A DNA stretch of 45,463 nt from an uncultured Eubacteriales bacterium (GCA_964541225.1 CAZIPN010000011.1:17976-63438), one strand, 5' to 3'. Positions 33,466-43,514 are shown, counted from the first letter of the stretch. Program-made: numbers and translations. The notes: generated by a model not told the origin, from the sequence alone.

Positions 33466-33727
33466 CTTCTTCCCCTCCAGCATTGACCAGGCCCGTTTTG
33501 CGAGACTCCCCCGAGTGCACCATCCCGCGTCTGATAGCAGCAACAACGGTGTTTCTAACTAGGAGTGTAGCTGACGCGGAACAAATTCACCCAAACCGTT
33601 GGTCTACTCCCGGACTCCGCGCGACCCTTCTGATAGCGAACTGGGCAGAACCACTCGAGAATCCCACAACGGGAGTAGAGCCAGCGATCCCGCAGTGGAG
33701 TACGATCTCACACGGGAGGGGTGTCTG

Positions 33728-34138
33728 ATGAAGCGATGGGTGTCATGGAGTGTCTTCACGTGCTCGGGCGTTCTTGTCTTGGCAACACTGCTGCTGCTTC
33801 AAGGGTGCGCTGGCGCATCCTCGGTCACGCTCGGAGAAGGGGACTCCGGGCACACGATCAAGGTCAACACCGACCAACACATTGTCGTGCAACTTCCCTC
33901 AAACCCCACGACCGGATACGAGTGGTCGGTCACCGCTCTTGGCGGGCTTGAGCAAGTTGGCAAGGCGACATACAAAGCAACGGAAGCCTCCGGAGTGGTT
34001 GGATCTGGCGGAACGCAGAGCTTCACCTTCACGGGGCACAAACGCGGATCTGGGGAGCTCACACTCGAGTACCGGCGCCCATGGGAAAAGGGCACCCCAG
34101 CGGCCCGAACCTGGACTGCCACAGTCTCCGTCGAGTAG
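33728..34138 (+). CDS. Chagasin/I42 family cysteine-protease inhibitor lipoprotein
   Basis: Lipobox LQGC and chagasin motifs LPSNPTTGYEW, VGSGG and Y.RPWE. Confidence 0.9.
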   Translation: MKRWVSWSVFTCSGVLVLATLLLLQGCAGASSVTLGEGDSGHTIKVNTDQHIVVQLPSNPTTGYEWSVTALGGLEQVGKATYKATEASGVVGSGGTQSFTFTGHKRGSGELTLEYRRPWEKGTPAARTWTATVSVE

Positions 34139-34177
34139 GTCTGCGATCGACAAGGTTGGGCCCCGGGGCTCGACCCT

Positions 34178-34942
34178 CTACGCTGCGGTCCATCCCGCAT
34201 CGGCTGGAATGATCGCGCCATTGATCATTTTGGACTCGTCGCTCGCAAGGAAAAGGGCGAGCATCGCTATGTCGGTCGCCTGAAGCGTAGCCGGAATCGC
34301 GGCATACCACGTGTTGCACCTCGCCGAACCCTTCGCGTCCATCTTCGAAGCATCGACACTCTGCATGATGTTCGTCTCAACCGCACCCGCAGCAATCGCG
34401 TTGCAGCGCACGCCTTCCGGCCAGTAGAGGTATGCGGTGTTACGAGTAAGTCCGATGAGCCCGTGCTTTGACGTCGTATAGGCAGCGCCAGCCGCCCCGC
34501 CTCCGAGTCCAGCCACCGACGCCGTGTTGACGATGGATCCGCCTCCCTGCCCAACCATGATCGGCACGGCCTTGCGAGACAGGTACATGGGGCCGTTGAG
34601 GTTGATGCCGATGACCCGATCCCACGTCGCATTGTCTACGTCCGCAACCCCCTGATTGACATCCATCACGCCTGCGTTGTTGCACAAGACATCCAGCCTG
34701 CCGAAGGACTCCACTGCAGCGTTGATGATCTTGTCGCAGTCTGACTCCTGAGCCACGTTGCCCTCGACTCCAACGATCTGACCACCTGCGGCGCTGACCT
34801 CATCGACCACAGTCTTGAGTGACTCGCCGTTCCACTCGGCCGCCACGATCTTGGCTCCCTCGGCGGCAAACAGGTTGGCCATCGCCCGACCCATGCCGGA
34901 ACCCGCTCCCGTTATCACAACGACTTTGCCTGCCAGCCTCAT
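34178..34942 (-). CDS. Classical SDR oxidoreductase
   Basis: TGAGSGMG, NNAG and YTTSK motifs. Confidence 0.93.
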   Translation of the reverse strand: MRLAGKVVVITGAGSGMGRAMANLFAAEGAKIVAAEWNGESLKTVVDEVSAAGGQIVGVEGNVAQESDCDKIINAAVESFGRLDVLCNNAGVMDVNQGVADVDNATWDRVIGINLNGPMYLSRKAVPIMVGQGGGSIVNTASVAGLGGGAAGAAYTTSKHGLIGLTRNTAYLYWPEGVRCNAIAAGAVETNIMQSVDASKMDAKGSARCNTWYAAIPATLQATDIAMLALFLASDESKMINGAIIPADAGWTAA

Positions 34943-35047
34943 CGCGCGACCTCCTCCGCATCATGTGCCCTCGACCCCAAGGCCCGCTCCACGTTGCCTC
35001 GGCAGCCAACTCTAGCGACCTCGACCCTCGAAGCCGACGTGCTGTTT

Positions 35048-35079
35048 GTCCCCGACTCACCACCAAAACTGTCGGGGAC
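35048..35079. terminator. Perfect 9-bp stem (GTCCCCGAC/GTCGGGGAC), possible terminator or operator
   Basis: Inverted repeat 30 nt after the 35112 stop and upstream of the SDR; no clear U-tract on the minus strand. Confidence 0.4.
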
Positions 35080-35111
35080 TCGAAAAACACCTCACGGCTT
35101 CTGGGCAGAAA

Positions 35112-35702
35112 TCAGCGTTCAGTCGCCCCCGCGCGTCGGCTACGCCTCGATGACCCAGCTTCGAGCGTCTCGGCAAACTCATCAAGAATGCGTCGAGCAC
35201 GACGTACCTCCATCGGAATGACCAGGTAGACAAGGACGATCACCACAAGCGGAACCACCGACGCCAAGCCGAGCACAATCAACAAGTTCGCATGCGCGCG
35301 CCACATCATCAGCGCGATGGTGCCCCATCCCACGAGCCAGCAGCCCACGAAGAGCGCCGGTCCAACAGGGATGCGACCGTCAATGACCGTCTCTTCCTCG
35401 CTCCAGCGCAGTGTTCCGCCGATCGCGAACGCATCCAGGACTGAGAGGCCACGAGACCGCGGACGGAAGAGAACCGTTTCCCGCGCGGTTCGCCTGAACT
35501 CGCCGTGCTGGGTGTCGAGCGAGGCATCCAGTCCTTTGGGCAGCCTTGGAAGCACCTTGCCCTCTAGCATTACCCTCGGACCAATCCGAAACGCCCACGT
35601 TGAGAACCGCAGAAGCGCGACCCATTCCACAATGGCGAAGACGGCCGCTACCAACCCGATAGCGAACGCCACTCCGACAACGATAACCGGCAGCTCATTC
35701 AT
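35112..35702 (-). CDS. Hypothetical membrane protein (about 3 TM)
   Basis: Hydrophobic segments, ATG behind GAAGGG. Confidence 0.7.
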   Translation of the reverse strand: MNELPVIVVGVAFAIGLVAAVFAIVEWVALLRFSTWAFRIGPRVMLEGKVLPRLPKGLDASLDTQHGEFRRTARETVLFRPRSRGLSVLDAFAIGGTLRWSEEETVIDGRIPVGPALFVGCWLVGWGTIALMMWRAHANLLIVLGLASVVPLVVIVLVYLVIPMEVRRARRILDEFAETLEAGSSRRSRRAGATER

Positions 35703-35815
35703 ACAGACGCCCTTCTCGGAATTCCCTGGTGCCCAACCACTCGCTGATCAACGCTAGCGGCAACTGGACACCGGAAGCAAGGACGGCCGTGCACAAGGGA
35801 GTGCCGAGAGAGCAG

Positions 35816-36304
35816 CTATTTCGTTGCCGCCCCCGCGAACTGCGGACCCATCTGCTGTGTCAGTACGCCGAGAATCTCCCGGTCGGTCGGGGTGATCGTC
35901 GCAGGAGTAGACAGATACAACGCCAACACCCTGTCCCGCCTGAAGAAATGGGGATCGCCCCTCCACCGAACGGGGACCTGTGCGCCCTGCACAGTCAGTG
36001 CGCGACCGTCTTTTCGCACCGCGGAAGCGGCGTTGACCGCGTCGCGCAGCATCGGAAACCAGTAGACCTCAAGCGGACGCCCCGCCACCGAGAGTGGTTG
36101 GTATCCCGCTACGCCGCTGAACACACCCTGCGTTGCCGTTTCCGACGAAGTCACCGTCAGGTTCTTTGCGTCTAGCGCATTGCGCAGGACAGATATGTCG
36201 AATGCGGGCCGAGGGGTCGTCGACTTCTTGGTAGTCGGCGGGCTGCATGAACCAGCCAGCATGAGAGGAACGATCAGCAAGGCGAGCACGAGGCGAGAAG
36301 ACAT
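35816..36304 (-). CDS. Hypothetical lipoprotein
   Basis: Signal MSSRLVLALLIVPLMLAGSC. Confidence 0.72.
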   Translation of the reverse strand: MSSRLVLALLIVPLMLAGSCSPPTTKKSTTPRPAFDISVLRNALDAKNLTVTSSETATQGVFSGVAGYQPLSVAGRPLEVYWFPMLRDAVNAASAVRKDGRALTVQGAQVPVRWRGDPHFFRRDRVLALYLSTPATITPTDREILGVLTQQMGPQFAGAATK

Positions 36305-36528
36305 GGAAACCCCCCAGCACAGAGGACGGGCCCGGGCCCCGCTTGGGTCGGCCGCCCACCTCTCTTGCCCGAAGCGCCACACGAAGCGTTCCTTTCGTGC
36401 TCGCCAAGTGTAACTCCCCCGCTACGGCAACGGAAGATTGATGAGGCACCGGGGATTCAGTCGCTCCACGTCGTGCTTGGGTGAAGCAGGGAGATTCCGA
36501 CACCGTTCCTTCCTGAGACGGGCGGAAC

Positions 36529-36879
36529 TCACTGAGTGATGATGTGCAGCCAGCGCGCAGCAAGCAGAATGAGACCCAGGACCATGACGCCGCCGAAGAA
36601 ACGGAATGTCACACGGGTGAAGCCGCTGAAGACGAACGTCTCGAACGCGTGCCCGCGCTGTGCTCCGTACCTGACGGCGAGCGTGGTGAGCGGACACCGC
36701 ATCCCACCTGCAACAAATGCGACCGCTTCGCCACCGAGCAAGACGAGTGACGTCCACAGCCATGGGCCACGCAAGCCAGTCGCGCCGGCGTAGAACACAA
36801 CCAGCGTCGCAGTCGCCATCACGACATAGACGGCGGTGTGTACGGCGCGCACGAGCGCCAATCGTTGAGGGTTGCTCAT
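36529..36879 (-). CDS. Small membrane protein with H..CPLT motif (DUF2784-like)
   Basis: VHT..., RCPLT.LA motif, about 3 TM helices. Confidence 0.72.
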   Translation of the reverse strand: MSNPQRLALVRAVHTAVYVVMATATLVVFYAGATGLRGPWLWTSLVLLGGEAVAFVAGGMRCPLTTLAVRYGAQRGHAFETFVFSGFTRVTFRFFGGVMVLGLILLAARWLHIITQ

Positions 36880-37034
36880 CGCGGTTCCCTGGCTGCACTG
36901 GGGGTCATCTTCGTTGGAAGACTCCTACCCACACACCCATATACGCGCTCCGAGAACATTCGCTGTGAGCCGACGAACTGCCAACATCACCAGGTCGTTT
37001 CAGCGCACAACAGAAGGAATCGAGAAACCGCCCG

Positions 37035-37478
37035 CTAGTGCCGAGTCCAGGTCAAGTTGAGCCACACAAGCTGGTTTCCCTGCAAGGTTCCGACGGACGG
37101 CGTGTCCTCGAGCTTGGCTCGCATCGTCTTGCCGTCCGCCAGAAGCTGCCACGTGCCAGATGCACTGAACAGCTCACCGGCATCGTCACTCTTCGAGTCG
37201 ACAGACACCGTGCCGTCCGCTTTGAATATGGCAGTGGTGTGCGCCGGGATGGACATGCCGCCGGCGTTCATCGTGGAATCAGACGTCCACGTGCCCACCA
37301 TGTTGGGTACAGGAGCGGGGTCGGCCGGACTGGTGCCTGCCTGCGCGACACCCGAATTCTGTTGTGTAAGTCCAGCTCCTTGTTGGCGAGTGTTGGTGCT
37401 TGGTTGCGGTGAACTCTGCTGAGAGCACCCAGCGAGAAGCACGCACAACGCAACTGGGACGAGCCAGGCACCCCGCAT
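37035..37478 (-). CDS. Hypothetical lipoprotein (lipocalin-like beta fold possible)
   Basis: Lipobox LAGC, VGTW/GTW motifs, SD GAGGTG. Confidence 0.75.
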   Translation of the reverse strand: MRGAWLVPVALCVLLAGCSQQSSPQPSTNTRQQGAGLTQQNSGVAQAGTSPADPAPVPNMVGTWTSDSTMNAGGMSIPAHTTAIFKADGTVSVDSKSDDAGELFSASGTWQLLADGKTMRAKLEDTPSVGTLQGNQLVWLNLTWTRH

Positions 37479-37736
37479 GACGCCACCTCTTCTTCCAGTT
37501 CGGATGTATTCGTATTGCGCAAGCAATGCCGAGCCCGGCACATCTCCCAGATCGTGTCATGCATCGCACTTGACGCCGAGAACGGACGACATCGGCCGAG
37601 ATCTGCCAACCCCGCCTGCCATCGTCTCTCAGCGCAGCACATGCCAAGCGGCCACCGAGCCCCACTCTAGCAGCTCGGCGATGCACCGCCCGAACGCTTT
37701 GCCGTTGTCGGCGCGGATCTCGCCGAGGCAAGCCCG

Positions 37737-38426
37737 CTACGTTTCAGGCTTCCATATCCTCATCATCTGACGCGCACCACGCTGAAACTCGTACTCCACC
37801 TGATCGAGCGACGCGACCCAACCCAACTCCTTGGCACGTTTCATGACTGGCCCAATGTAGGGGGAGAGCTCACCACCGAGCGTGACCAGCGGATACACTC
37901 TCACCTCAGAGGCGACGCGACACAGCTCGGTGATTGCTCGCAGATGGAACACCGCATCGAGCTGTTCCGAGTAGAGGAAGAGGAAATGGGAGCACAGCGC
38001 CAGGCCAAATGACCCGTCGGCAAAGGGAAGGCTTGGCAGCTCGGCGTTGACGTAGCGACCCTGCGAGCGCCCAGCCGAGAAATCCTCGAGGAACTCATCC
38101 ATCGCCCGATGCCTGGTCGAAGCAAGCTCGTCGACCGAGCCAAACGAATCCCACACAAACTGGTGAGCGTTTGCTCGCGTTTGCTGCAAGACCTTGCCGC
38201 TGCTCGCAGCTATGCGGTCCCGAATGGCCGATGCGCTGAAGCGGTAGAGCGGGTCACACGAGACCACCTCCGTCCCAAGAGAGGAGGCACGCGCGTTGAA
38301 GCTCGCCGGTCCATCTGCACAGCCCACGATGCGTGAGTCAAGTTCTGCCTCTCCGAGCGAGAACATGGCTCGGTACTCATCAAATGACCGCCCCCACGCA
38401 ACGACGTCCTCCAGAGCGAAGCCCAT
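37737..38426 (-). CDS. SAM-dependent methyltransferase family protein
   Basis: GRSFDEYRAMF, GPASF, LPF.DGSF.LAL.SHFLF, EVRVYPL and YEFQRG motifs. Confidence 0.85.
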   Translation of the reverse strand: MGFALEDVVAWGRSFDEYRAMFSLGEAELDSRIVGCADGPASFNARASSLGTEVVSCDPLYRFSASAIRDRIAASSGKVLQQTRANAHQFVWDSFGSVDELASTRHRAMDEFLEDFSAGRSQGRYVNAELPSLPFADGSFGLALCSHFLFLYSEQLDAVFHLRAITELCRVASEVRVYPLVTLGGELSPYIGPVMKRAKELGWVASLDQVEYEFQRGARQMMRIWKPET

Positions 38427-38457
38427 GTTGGTTCCCTAGCGCCACTGCACGTCAGGC

Positions 38458-39150
38458 TCAGCTTGCATCTGAGATCCAGATGTCCCGCAGGTGATCGCCG
38501 ACAAACGTGAACTCAGCCCAGTAGTCCGATTCACCGATCTCGTCGTCGTATGAAATGACACGCTGAACCCCTGTGCGCTCATCCCGCATGGGCTTGCCGA
38601 GAACCTTGATGAGGTTCGCCGCCGACATTCCCAGCGCGATTCCCTTCGATGCCGTGACCTTGCTGTCGAGCGCGCGTGAGACGACGTTCGGATCGTCTTG
38701 GACCACCATCCCCGCAGGCAGCACAAGCCCGTAGGACAGCTCCATGGAACTCACCGTCGAGCCGGTCATGAGCTCGACGTGCAAGGTTAGCGTGTGATTG
38801 GCATCAACGTAGTAGCGCGCCCCAGCCTCGCCCTCCTGGTTCGTGAAGAGGCCTTGACCGAAACGTTTGGTGACAGCGGCGTCATCCATCCCAAGGCGTA
38901 CACCAGCGACATCCTCGACGTATCGGCGCGCCGCCGGGGCGGACGAAGGAGGCTCGTCGGAAGCATCGACGTCTGTCTCATCGTCGGTGGAGTCGCTCGC
39001 GTCTTGCGATCCTGCGGTTGCCGTTTGTTCGGACGTGTTCGTCACGGGATGGCGTGATGTTGACGATCCGCATCCGGCAAGGGTGAACGCGGTCACAAGC
39101 GCCAGGAATAGCGCCGCGACCACACGGACTCCGCCCCCGCGACTCACCAT
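38458..39150 (-). CDS. Hypothetical lipoprotein with acidic linker
   Basis: Lipobox LAGC; two G..LGM....V....G repeats; SD GGGAGGG. Confidence 0.78.
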   Translation of the reverse strand: MVSRGGGVRVVAALFLALVTAFTLAGCGSSTSRHPVTNTSEQTATAGSQDASDSTDDETDVDASDEPPSSAPAARRYVEDVAGVRLGMDDAAVTKRFGQGLFTNQEGEAGARYYVDANHTLTLHVELMTGSTVSSMELSYGLVLPAGMVVQDDPNVVSRALDSKVTASKGIALGMSAANLIKVLGKPMRDERTGVQRVISYDDEIGESDYWAEFTFVGDHLRDIWISDAS

Positions 39151-39199
39151 GCCGCCCTCCCTTTCACCGTTTGGTGTGCCACGCGCCAACGATCCTTGG

Positions 39200-39814
39200 C
39201 TAGGGGTTCGCATCCACGAGGGCCATCCGCACCTTGCCCAGGTCCAAGCCACCCTGCACCCACATGTCTTCATAGCGACTTGGATGCTGGAACGTCTCGA
39301 TCGGAACCGTCTTCTTCTTGTTCCAGCTCGCCTGCGCTGCTGCGTTGTCGGCGCGCCACACGGCACAAGAATCGTAGTAGTCCTGGGCAGCCTGGGCCAA
39401 TGCCGCCGTCGCCTTGGGCAACAGCTTGGCGTCCTCAGTCCGCGAGAAGGCCTGCACCGAATCGCGTGCATGCGTCGCCTTGCGGGTGAGGTCATCAAGC
39501 GTGGGTGCGGCCTTGACCGTCGACTCGCACACCTCGATATCGGCCATCACGGCTGTCGCGGCATTCCTGGCCGCCTGAAGCCGCTGCGCTTGGGCAGCAG
39601 ACTGAGCAGGAGACTGTGATGGCGCTGGGGTCTGCACCTGCTTGCTGGGAGCTTTCGAACAGCCGCCGATTGCGCCTGCGAGGAGCAGCGCGCACAACAC
39701 CAGCGCCGCAGAGAGCGAGCGCCACCCCCGTGCATGCGTCAGCCACACGCTGCGCTCGACGAGCCGGGTACGACGCCGACGAGTCTTGGAGCCCTGCATC
39801 CAGTACCCCGCCAT
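39200..39814 (-). CDS. Hypothetical helical lipoprotein
   Basis: Hydrophobic stretch ending IGGC; SD GGGAGG before ATG 39814 (start uncertain). Confidence 0.65.
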   Translation of the reverse strand: MAGYWMQGSKTRRRRTRLVERSVWLTHARGWRSLSAALVLCALLLAGAIGGCSKAPSKQVQTPAPSQSPAQSAAQAQRLQAARNAATAVMADIEVCESTVKAAPTLDDLTRKATHARDSVQAFSRTEDAKLLPKATAALAQAAQDYYDSCAVWRADNAAAQASWNKKKTVPIETFQHPSRYEDMWVQGGLDLGKVRMALVDANP

Positions 39815-39920
39815 GATGGCCTCCCATCGGATTGCGGCCTCGGGTGTGGGGCAGCTCGTCTCTCCGCCCACCCACTCGCAAGCATGCCACGGACGTCGCG
39901 TCCTGGCCACCTCGCTGCCG

Positions 39921-40463
39921 CTACTTACCTGCCAAGTCAACCGCCTTCGCGACCCGAAACGTCCTGACCGCCGCGAGCACACCATAGGCCGCGATCGCCA
40001 GAGCATATAGAGCAACTCCGACGGCAGCCCAGTAGCCCCACGTGCCAGATCCACCCGAGACGAAGATCATGATCAGGCCAGCCAGGCCGACGCTTACCGC
40101 GCTGCCGAGCACGAAGGCGAGTGCCGTCGAAAGCGAGCTTCTTGCAGCGGCGAGCTGGATCACCGACTGGTAGTCGGTCTCCCCCAGCGCGCGCATGAGC
40201 CATCCTTTCGACAGGTTGGAACTCGTGACAAGAAGCGAGAGCACGAGCGCCGAGAGCCCGAGTGGCGCGCTGTAATAGGGAATCAGGCACGCGAGCAGCG
40301 TAAGCGCCGCCAACTTCCAGCCACCGAAACGCATCACCGGATTGGATTCCATCCGAAGCGTTGGCGTGGCAACGTAGGTGCTCCCAATGTCGCCGAGCCG
40401 GGCGATAAGGATCAAGACAGCAAGTGCGTTTTCCACTCCGCGTGCGTTTGCGAGAAGACCCAT
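39921..40463 (-). CDS. Hypothetical multi-pass membrane protein (D..ST / ESNP motif)
   Basis: LGDIGSTY..T...ESNP motif; about 5 TM helices. Confidence 0.72.
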   Translation of the reverse strand: MGLLANARGVENALAVLILIARLGDIGSTYVATPTLRMESNPVMRFGGWKLAALTLLACLIPYYSAPLGLSALVLSLLVTSSNLSKGWLMRALGETDYQSVIQLAAARSSLSTALAFVLGSAVSVGLAGLIMIFVSGGSGTWGYWAAVGVALYALAIAAYGVLAAVRTFRVAKAVDLAGK

Positions 40464-40587
40464 GCGCGCTCCAGTTCTCACTGCTCCCAGCGTGCACTAC
40501 GAAGCCGCGCCTTCATGTGTTCGCATGATCTGTGCCCGCCCCCACGTGCGGCGCCGGTTGCCCCACGTTCGCACGTGTGCCGGTGCG

Positions 40588-41169
40588 TCAGGTGCTCGAG
40601 CGAAGATCCCCTGCGTTTGCCAGAGTGCCGCCGTATTCACGGTAGGAGTTTTCGTCTATCACGCCATCCTGCCAGAGTGACTCAAGTTCTTGGAGTGCCG
40701 AGTTGATCTCGTCTCGAGCAACCGGCTTGCCGCCCTGCACGAGTCGTACGACAGCAGCGGCACGCCCGCTGCCGCCAACACCGGTCGTCGGCTCAAGGAC
40801 GTGACGGTTCACGCGAAGATCCAAGCCCGGGTGCCGACGCGCGACTAGCGCGGCCACGCCCGAACCAACGATGAAGACGGGCGCAGCCGAAATCGTGAAC
40901 CAACCAAGCACGCACAGCACGGCCTCGAGCACGAAGACCCACGCTGCGCCGTACGGGAAATTCAGTGACAGATAGACGGCGCGAATCCCCAAACCGACAA
41001 TCAGAAGCGCGAGCAGAGCGATCACAACCGACACGCTTGGTGCAACATCCCAGGTGCTCGCGCTAACAAGCACCGAGATGACCTGGGCAGTCCCCACCAC
41101 GGCGAATAGCGCCATGATCACCTGGCCCACCGACAGACGCCTGCGCGCAATACCTCCCGAATTACCCAC
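40588..41169 (-). CDS. Hypothetical membrane protein, SHOCT-like C-terminus
   Basis: About 4 TM helices, C-terminal LQELESLWQDGVIDENSY; GTG start behind GGAGGGG. Confidence 0.65.
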   Translation of the reverse strand: MGNSGGIARRRLSVGQVIMALFAVVGTAQVISVLVSASTWDVAPSVSVVIALLALLIVGLGIRAVYLSLNFPYGAAWVFVLEAVLCVLGWFTISAAPVFIVGSGVAALVARRHPGLDLRVNRHVLEPTTGVGGSGRAAAVVRLVQGGKPVARDEINSALQELESLWQDGVIDENSYREYGGTLANAGDLRSST

Positions 41170-41285
41170 AGCCCCTCCCCTCCCAAGCCCCACACGACGT
41201 GTTCCACACGAGCGGCACTTCCGTGCGCTCGACTGATTGTAGCGCCGCGCGCCACCAGGGTGCATCTGCCCGTCGAATGCCCTGC

Positions 41286-41927
41286 TCAGCCGACCAGATC
41301 CTTTGCCGTCAGCACTATGAACAGCGCCACCGCACACTCACTCACAATCCAAGAGTGCTCATTCATCCAACTGCGAACAGAAGGAAGGACCACGGCCGCG
41401 CGATTGCCTGACCCCAACACCGTCAGTGCGGGCAGACCGAGGAGCACCACGGTCATGGCGACGAAGACGAGACCCAGTGCCCACGGTTCGCTTCTTCTCG
41501 CCAAGTGAGCGCCAACCGTGACAGACGTCACGACGTCGCTCGGGAAGAAGCCGAGCAGCAAGAACCCGAGCCGAAACGACAGCTTCGCCGACGCGCTCTC
41601 CAATCTGCCCATCCACGCCGGTGGCTCGGTTCGTCGGCGGTTGCGAAACACCAATACGGCTACCACGAGCAGTGCGAACAGGATCCCCCGGTCAATCCAG
41701 TGACCCGCGGTAGGCGACATGTGCCCTGCGTCCTGTGGCACAAATCGAAAGGCGAAGTAGGACACCGAATACACCGACGTCACGGACAACGCCCCACCGC
41801 CGACAAACGCCGCCGACGTCTTCTTCCATTCCTCGCTCATAGCAAGAAACATCGCGGTAATCACCTGTGGACCAGCGACCATCACGAACGCGAGCGGCAG
41901 CACTGCCAGGAACCCCAACCCGACCAT
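41286..41927 (-). CDS. GAP/Sap family (LysE-superfamily) membrane protein
   Basis: LPLAFVMVAGPQ, PPAWM..L and RSWMNEHS motifs typical of the GAP family. Start approximate. Confidence 0.75.
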   Translation of the reverse strand: MVGLGFLAVLPLAFVMVAGPQVITAMFLAMSEEWKKTSAAFVGGGALSVTSVYSVSYFAFRFVPQDAGHMSPTAGHWIDRGILFALLVVAVLVFRNRRRTEPPAWMGRLESASAKLSFRLGFLLLGFFPSDVVTSVTVGAHLARRSEPWALGLVFVAMTVVLLGLPALTVLGSGNRAAVVLPSVRSWMNEHSWIVSECAVALFIVLTAKDLVG

Positions 41928-42036
41928 CCCCCTCGGGTATGTGCACACGCTGACATGTCTCTCGCGAGCAGTCTCGAGCATGCCCAGTGATTGTAGCCCG
42001 ACCACACACGCCAGCGGGTCGATTCCTCACCGACCG

Positions 42037-42534
42037 CTAGCGCGGAGTCCCGAGCGTGAACGCCGCCAGACCAATCGCTGTCATCAGGGCAAGCACGATG
42101 ATCAGAACCCCATAGGCCCTGAACCGTGTTCCCCTCCCTTTGCTGGCAACGGCATCCCTGCCAAAGGCAGACCCGGCCTGCGACCAGTACTCGGGCCGAA
42201 TTACCATGTGAATGCCCAGAGCAAGCATGCCAACCACCAGAATCAAACCGATGTACCAGCCATTGAGACTCGCGAGAGGATGGGGCCGGGCCTCAGATAC
42301 CTCGGCGGCAGACACGTCACCACGTTGCAGCAGACTCATGAAACGGATCTGGCCCGGGACGTCGAACAGCCAGGCCACTGCCACAGCAGACAGAACTGCA
42401 ATCAACAGCCGAACGACAATTCGCCGCCAGTCCAGGCGCTTCGAGGCGTCTCGCTTGCCGAGAACGTGGTCGAGCAGACGATCCGCGACAAACACGAGAG
42501 GCGCGGCGAGTGCGATCCACACCACAACCAGCAT
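42037..42534 (-). CDS. Hypothetical membrane protein (about 4 TM)
   Basis: Hydrophobic segments; ATG behind GAAGGG. Confidence 0.62.
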   Translation of the reverse strand: MLVVVWIALAAPLVFVADRLLDHVLGKRDASKRLDWRRIVVRLLIAVLSAVAVAWLFDVPGQIRFMSLLQRGDVSAAEVSEARPHPLASLNGWYIGLILVVGMLALGIHMVIRPEYWSQAGSAFGRDAVASKGRGTRFRAYGVLIIVLALMTAIGLAAFTLGTPR

Positions 42535-42707
42535 CTTGTCCGCCCTTCGACACGCCACCTGTGTTCGCCTGGGAACGCCCCAGTGCGCAATCAGTCCACA
42601 TTCCTGCTGTCGGTCAACACGCATGTCGACGGCGTTCTCGGCATATCGGAAACCGCACCTAGCCGAGCATGAGGCTGCTCCACCATACTGCCCCCGGGGT
42701 GCCGGTC

Positions 42708-42753
42708 GAATCGATCCACCGCACAGCCCAGAATCGATCTACCGCACAGCCCA
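42708..42753. repeat. 23-bp tandem duplication (22/23 identical) spanning a stop codon
   Basis: gaatcgatccaccgcacagccca (42708-42730) followed by gaatcgatctaccgcacagccca (42731-42753). Confidence 0.92.
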
Positions 42754-43254
42754 TTTGGCGAACTCCTGTTCACCCGAGGACATCGAAGGCGCGTAGATCA
42801 CCTTTCGCACCCCTGTGGCACCGGAGAAGTAGATGTCCCCTTCTTGGACGTCCCCGGACGCGAGATCACCTGATCCAAGAGTCTCGGGGTTCGCGTCAAA
42901 CATCGCCGTCCCTTGTCTTCGCGCACCTGTCGCATCCTCAACGCTCCAGTCAAACTCGTTGTAGCTCATGGTGTCCTTGGTGTCGTTCTCGTACCTCACT
43001 TTGACATCGAAGCTGGCTCTGCCGTCAGACGCCACAGGGCCCGTTCCTGCCGACAGAACTGTGATCTTGAGCCCGTCATAGTCTGCAATGGTGCCAATCG
43101 CCAGATCCTGATGCCCCGTCGCAGTAGAAGCGCCCGAAGACGAGAAGGACACCGTCTTTTCGCTGGTCGCCGGCGGCGACGCACAACCAACAAGTGCGAG
43201 ACACAGAGAAGCGCCCAGAAGAAGCCTCGCCAAACCCAGATTGTCGGCACGCAT
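42739..43254 (-). CDS. DUF4352-like (Ig-fold) lipoprotein
   Basis: Lipobox LVGC, V.V.YEN, SYNEFDW and L.SG.L.SG....G...F motifs. Confidence 0.75.
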   Translation of the reverse strand: MRADNLGLARLLLGASLCLALVGCASPPATSEKTVSFSSSGASTATGHQDLAIGTIADYDGLKITVLSAGTGPVASDGRASFDVKVRYENDTKDTMSYNEFDWSVEDATGARRQGTAMFDANPETLGSGDLASGDVQEGDIYFSGATGVRKVIYAPSMSSGEQEFAKWAVR

Positions 43255-43514
43255 TCTGACCACCTTCGGCGACATGATCACGCAGACCCTCCCGGACAGA
43301 AGCGCTCGGCTGCTCCCGCGCGCCGACCGATCACATCGCGACAGCGTGCGAGGGCTATCACTCTGCATGGTTCCTTGTACCTGAAACGCGTCTGTTGACT
43401 CGCAAGCAATTGTAGCTCGCAAGGTCGATCCGACGAACCGATCGCTTCGCCAATTCGCAGTGGGCCGCGAAGCCCGTCAGCGCGAGGGACGTCGTGCCCC
43501 GGCGAGACGTCGCG

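Noticed and set aside
33640-33670. c-di-GMP-I riboswitch resemblance (GGGCAGAACCACTCGAGA)
   Set aside because: Lacks the P2 GNRA stem closure and the GACGCAAAGC/P3 elements.
40515-40587. Degenerate CCCCACGT..GCCGGT repeats after a stop codon
   Set aside because: Too degenerate to define a unit in GC-rich DNA.
32051-43361. Shared 10-mer GGGCTATCAC at about 32051 and 43352
   Set aside because: Only two copies with unrelated flanks; compatible with chance.
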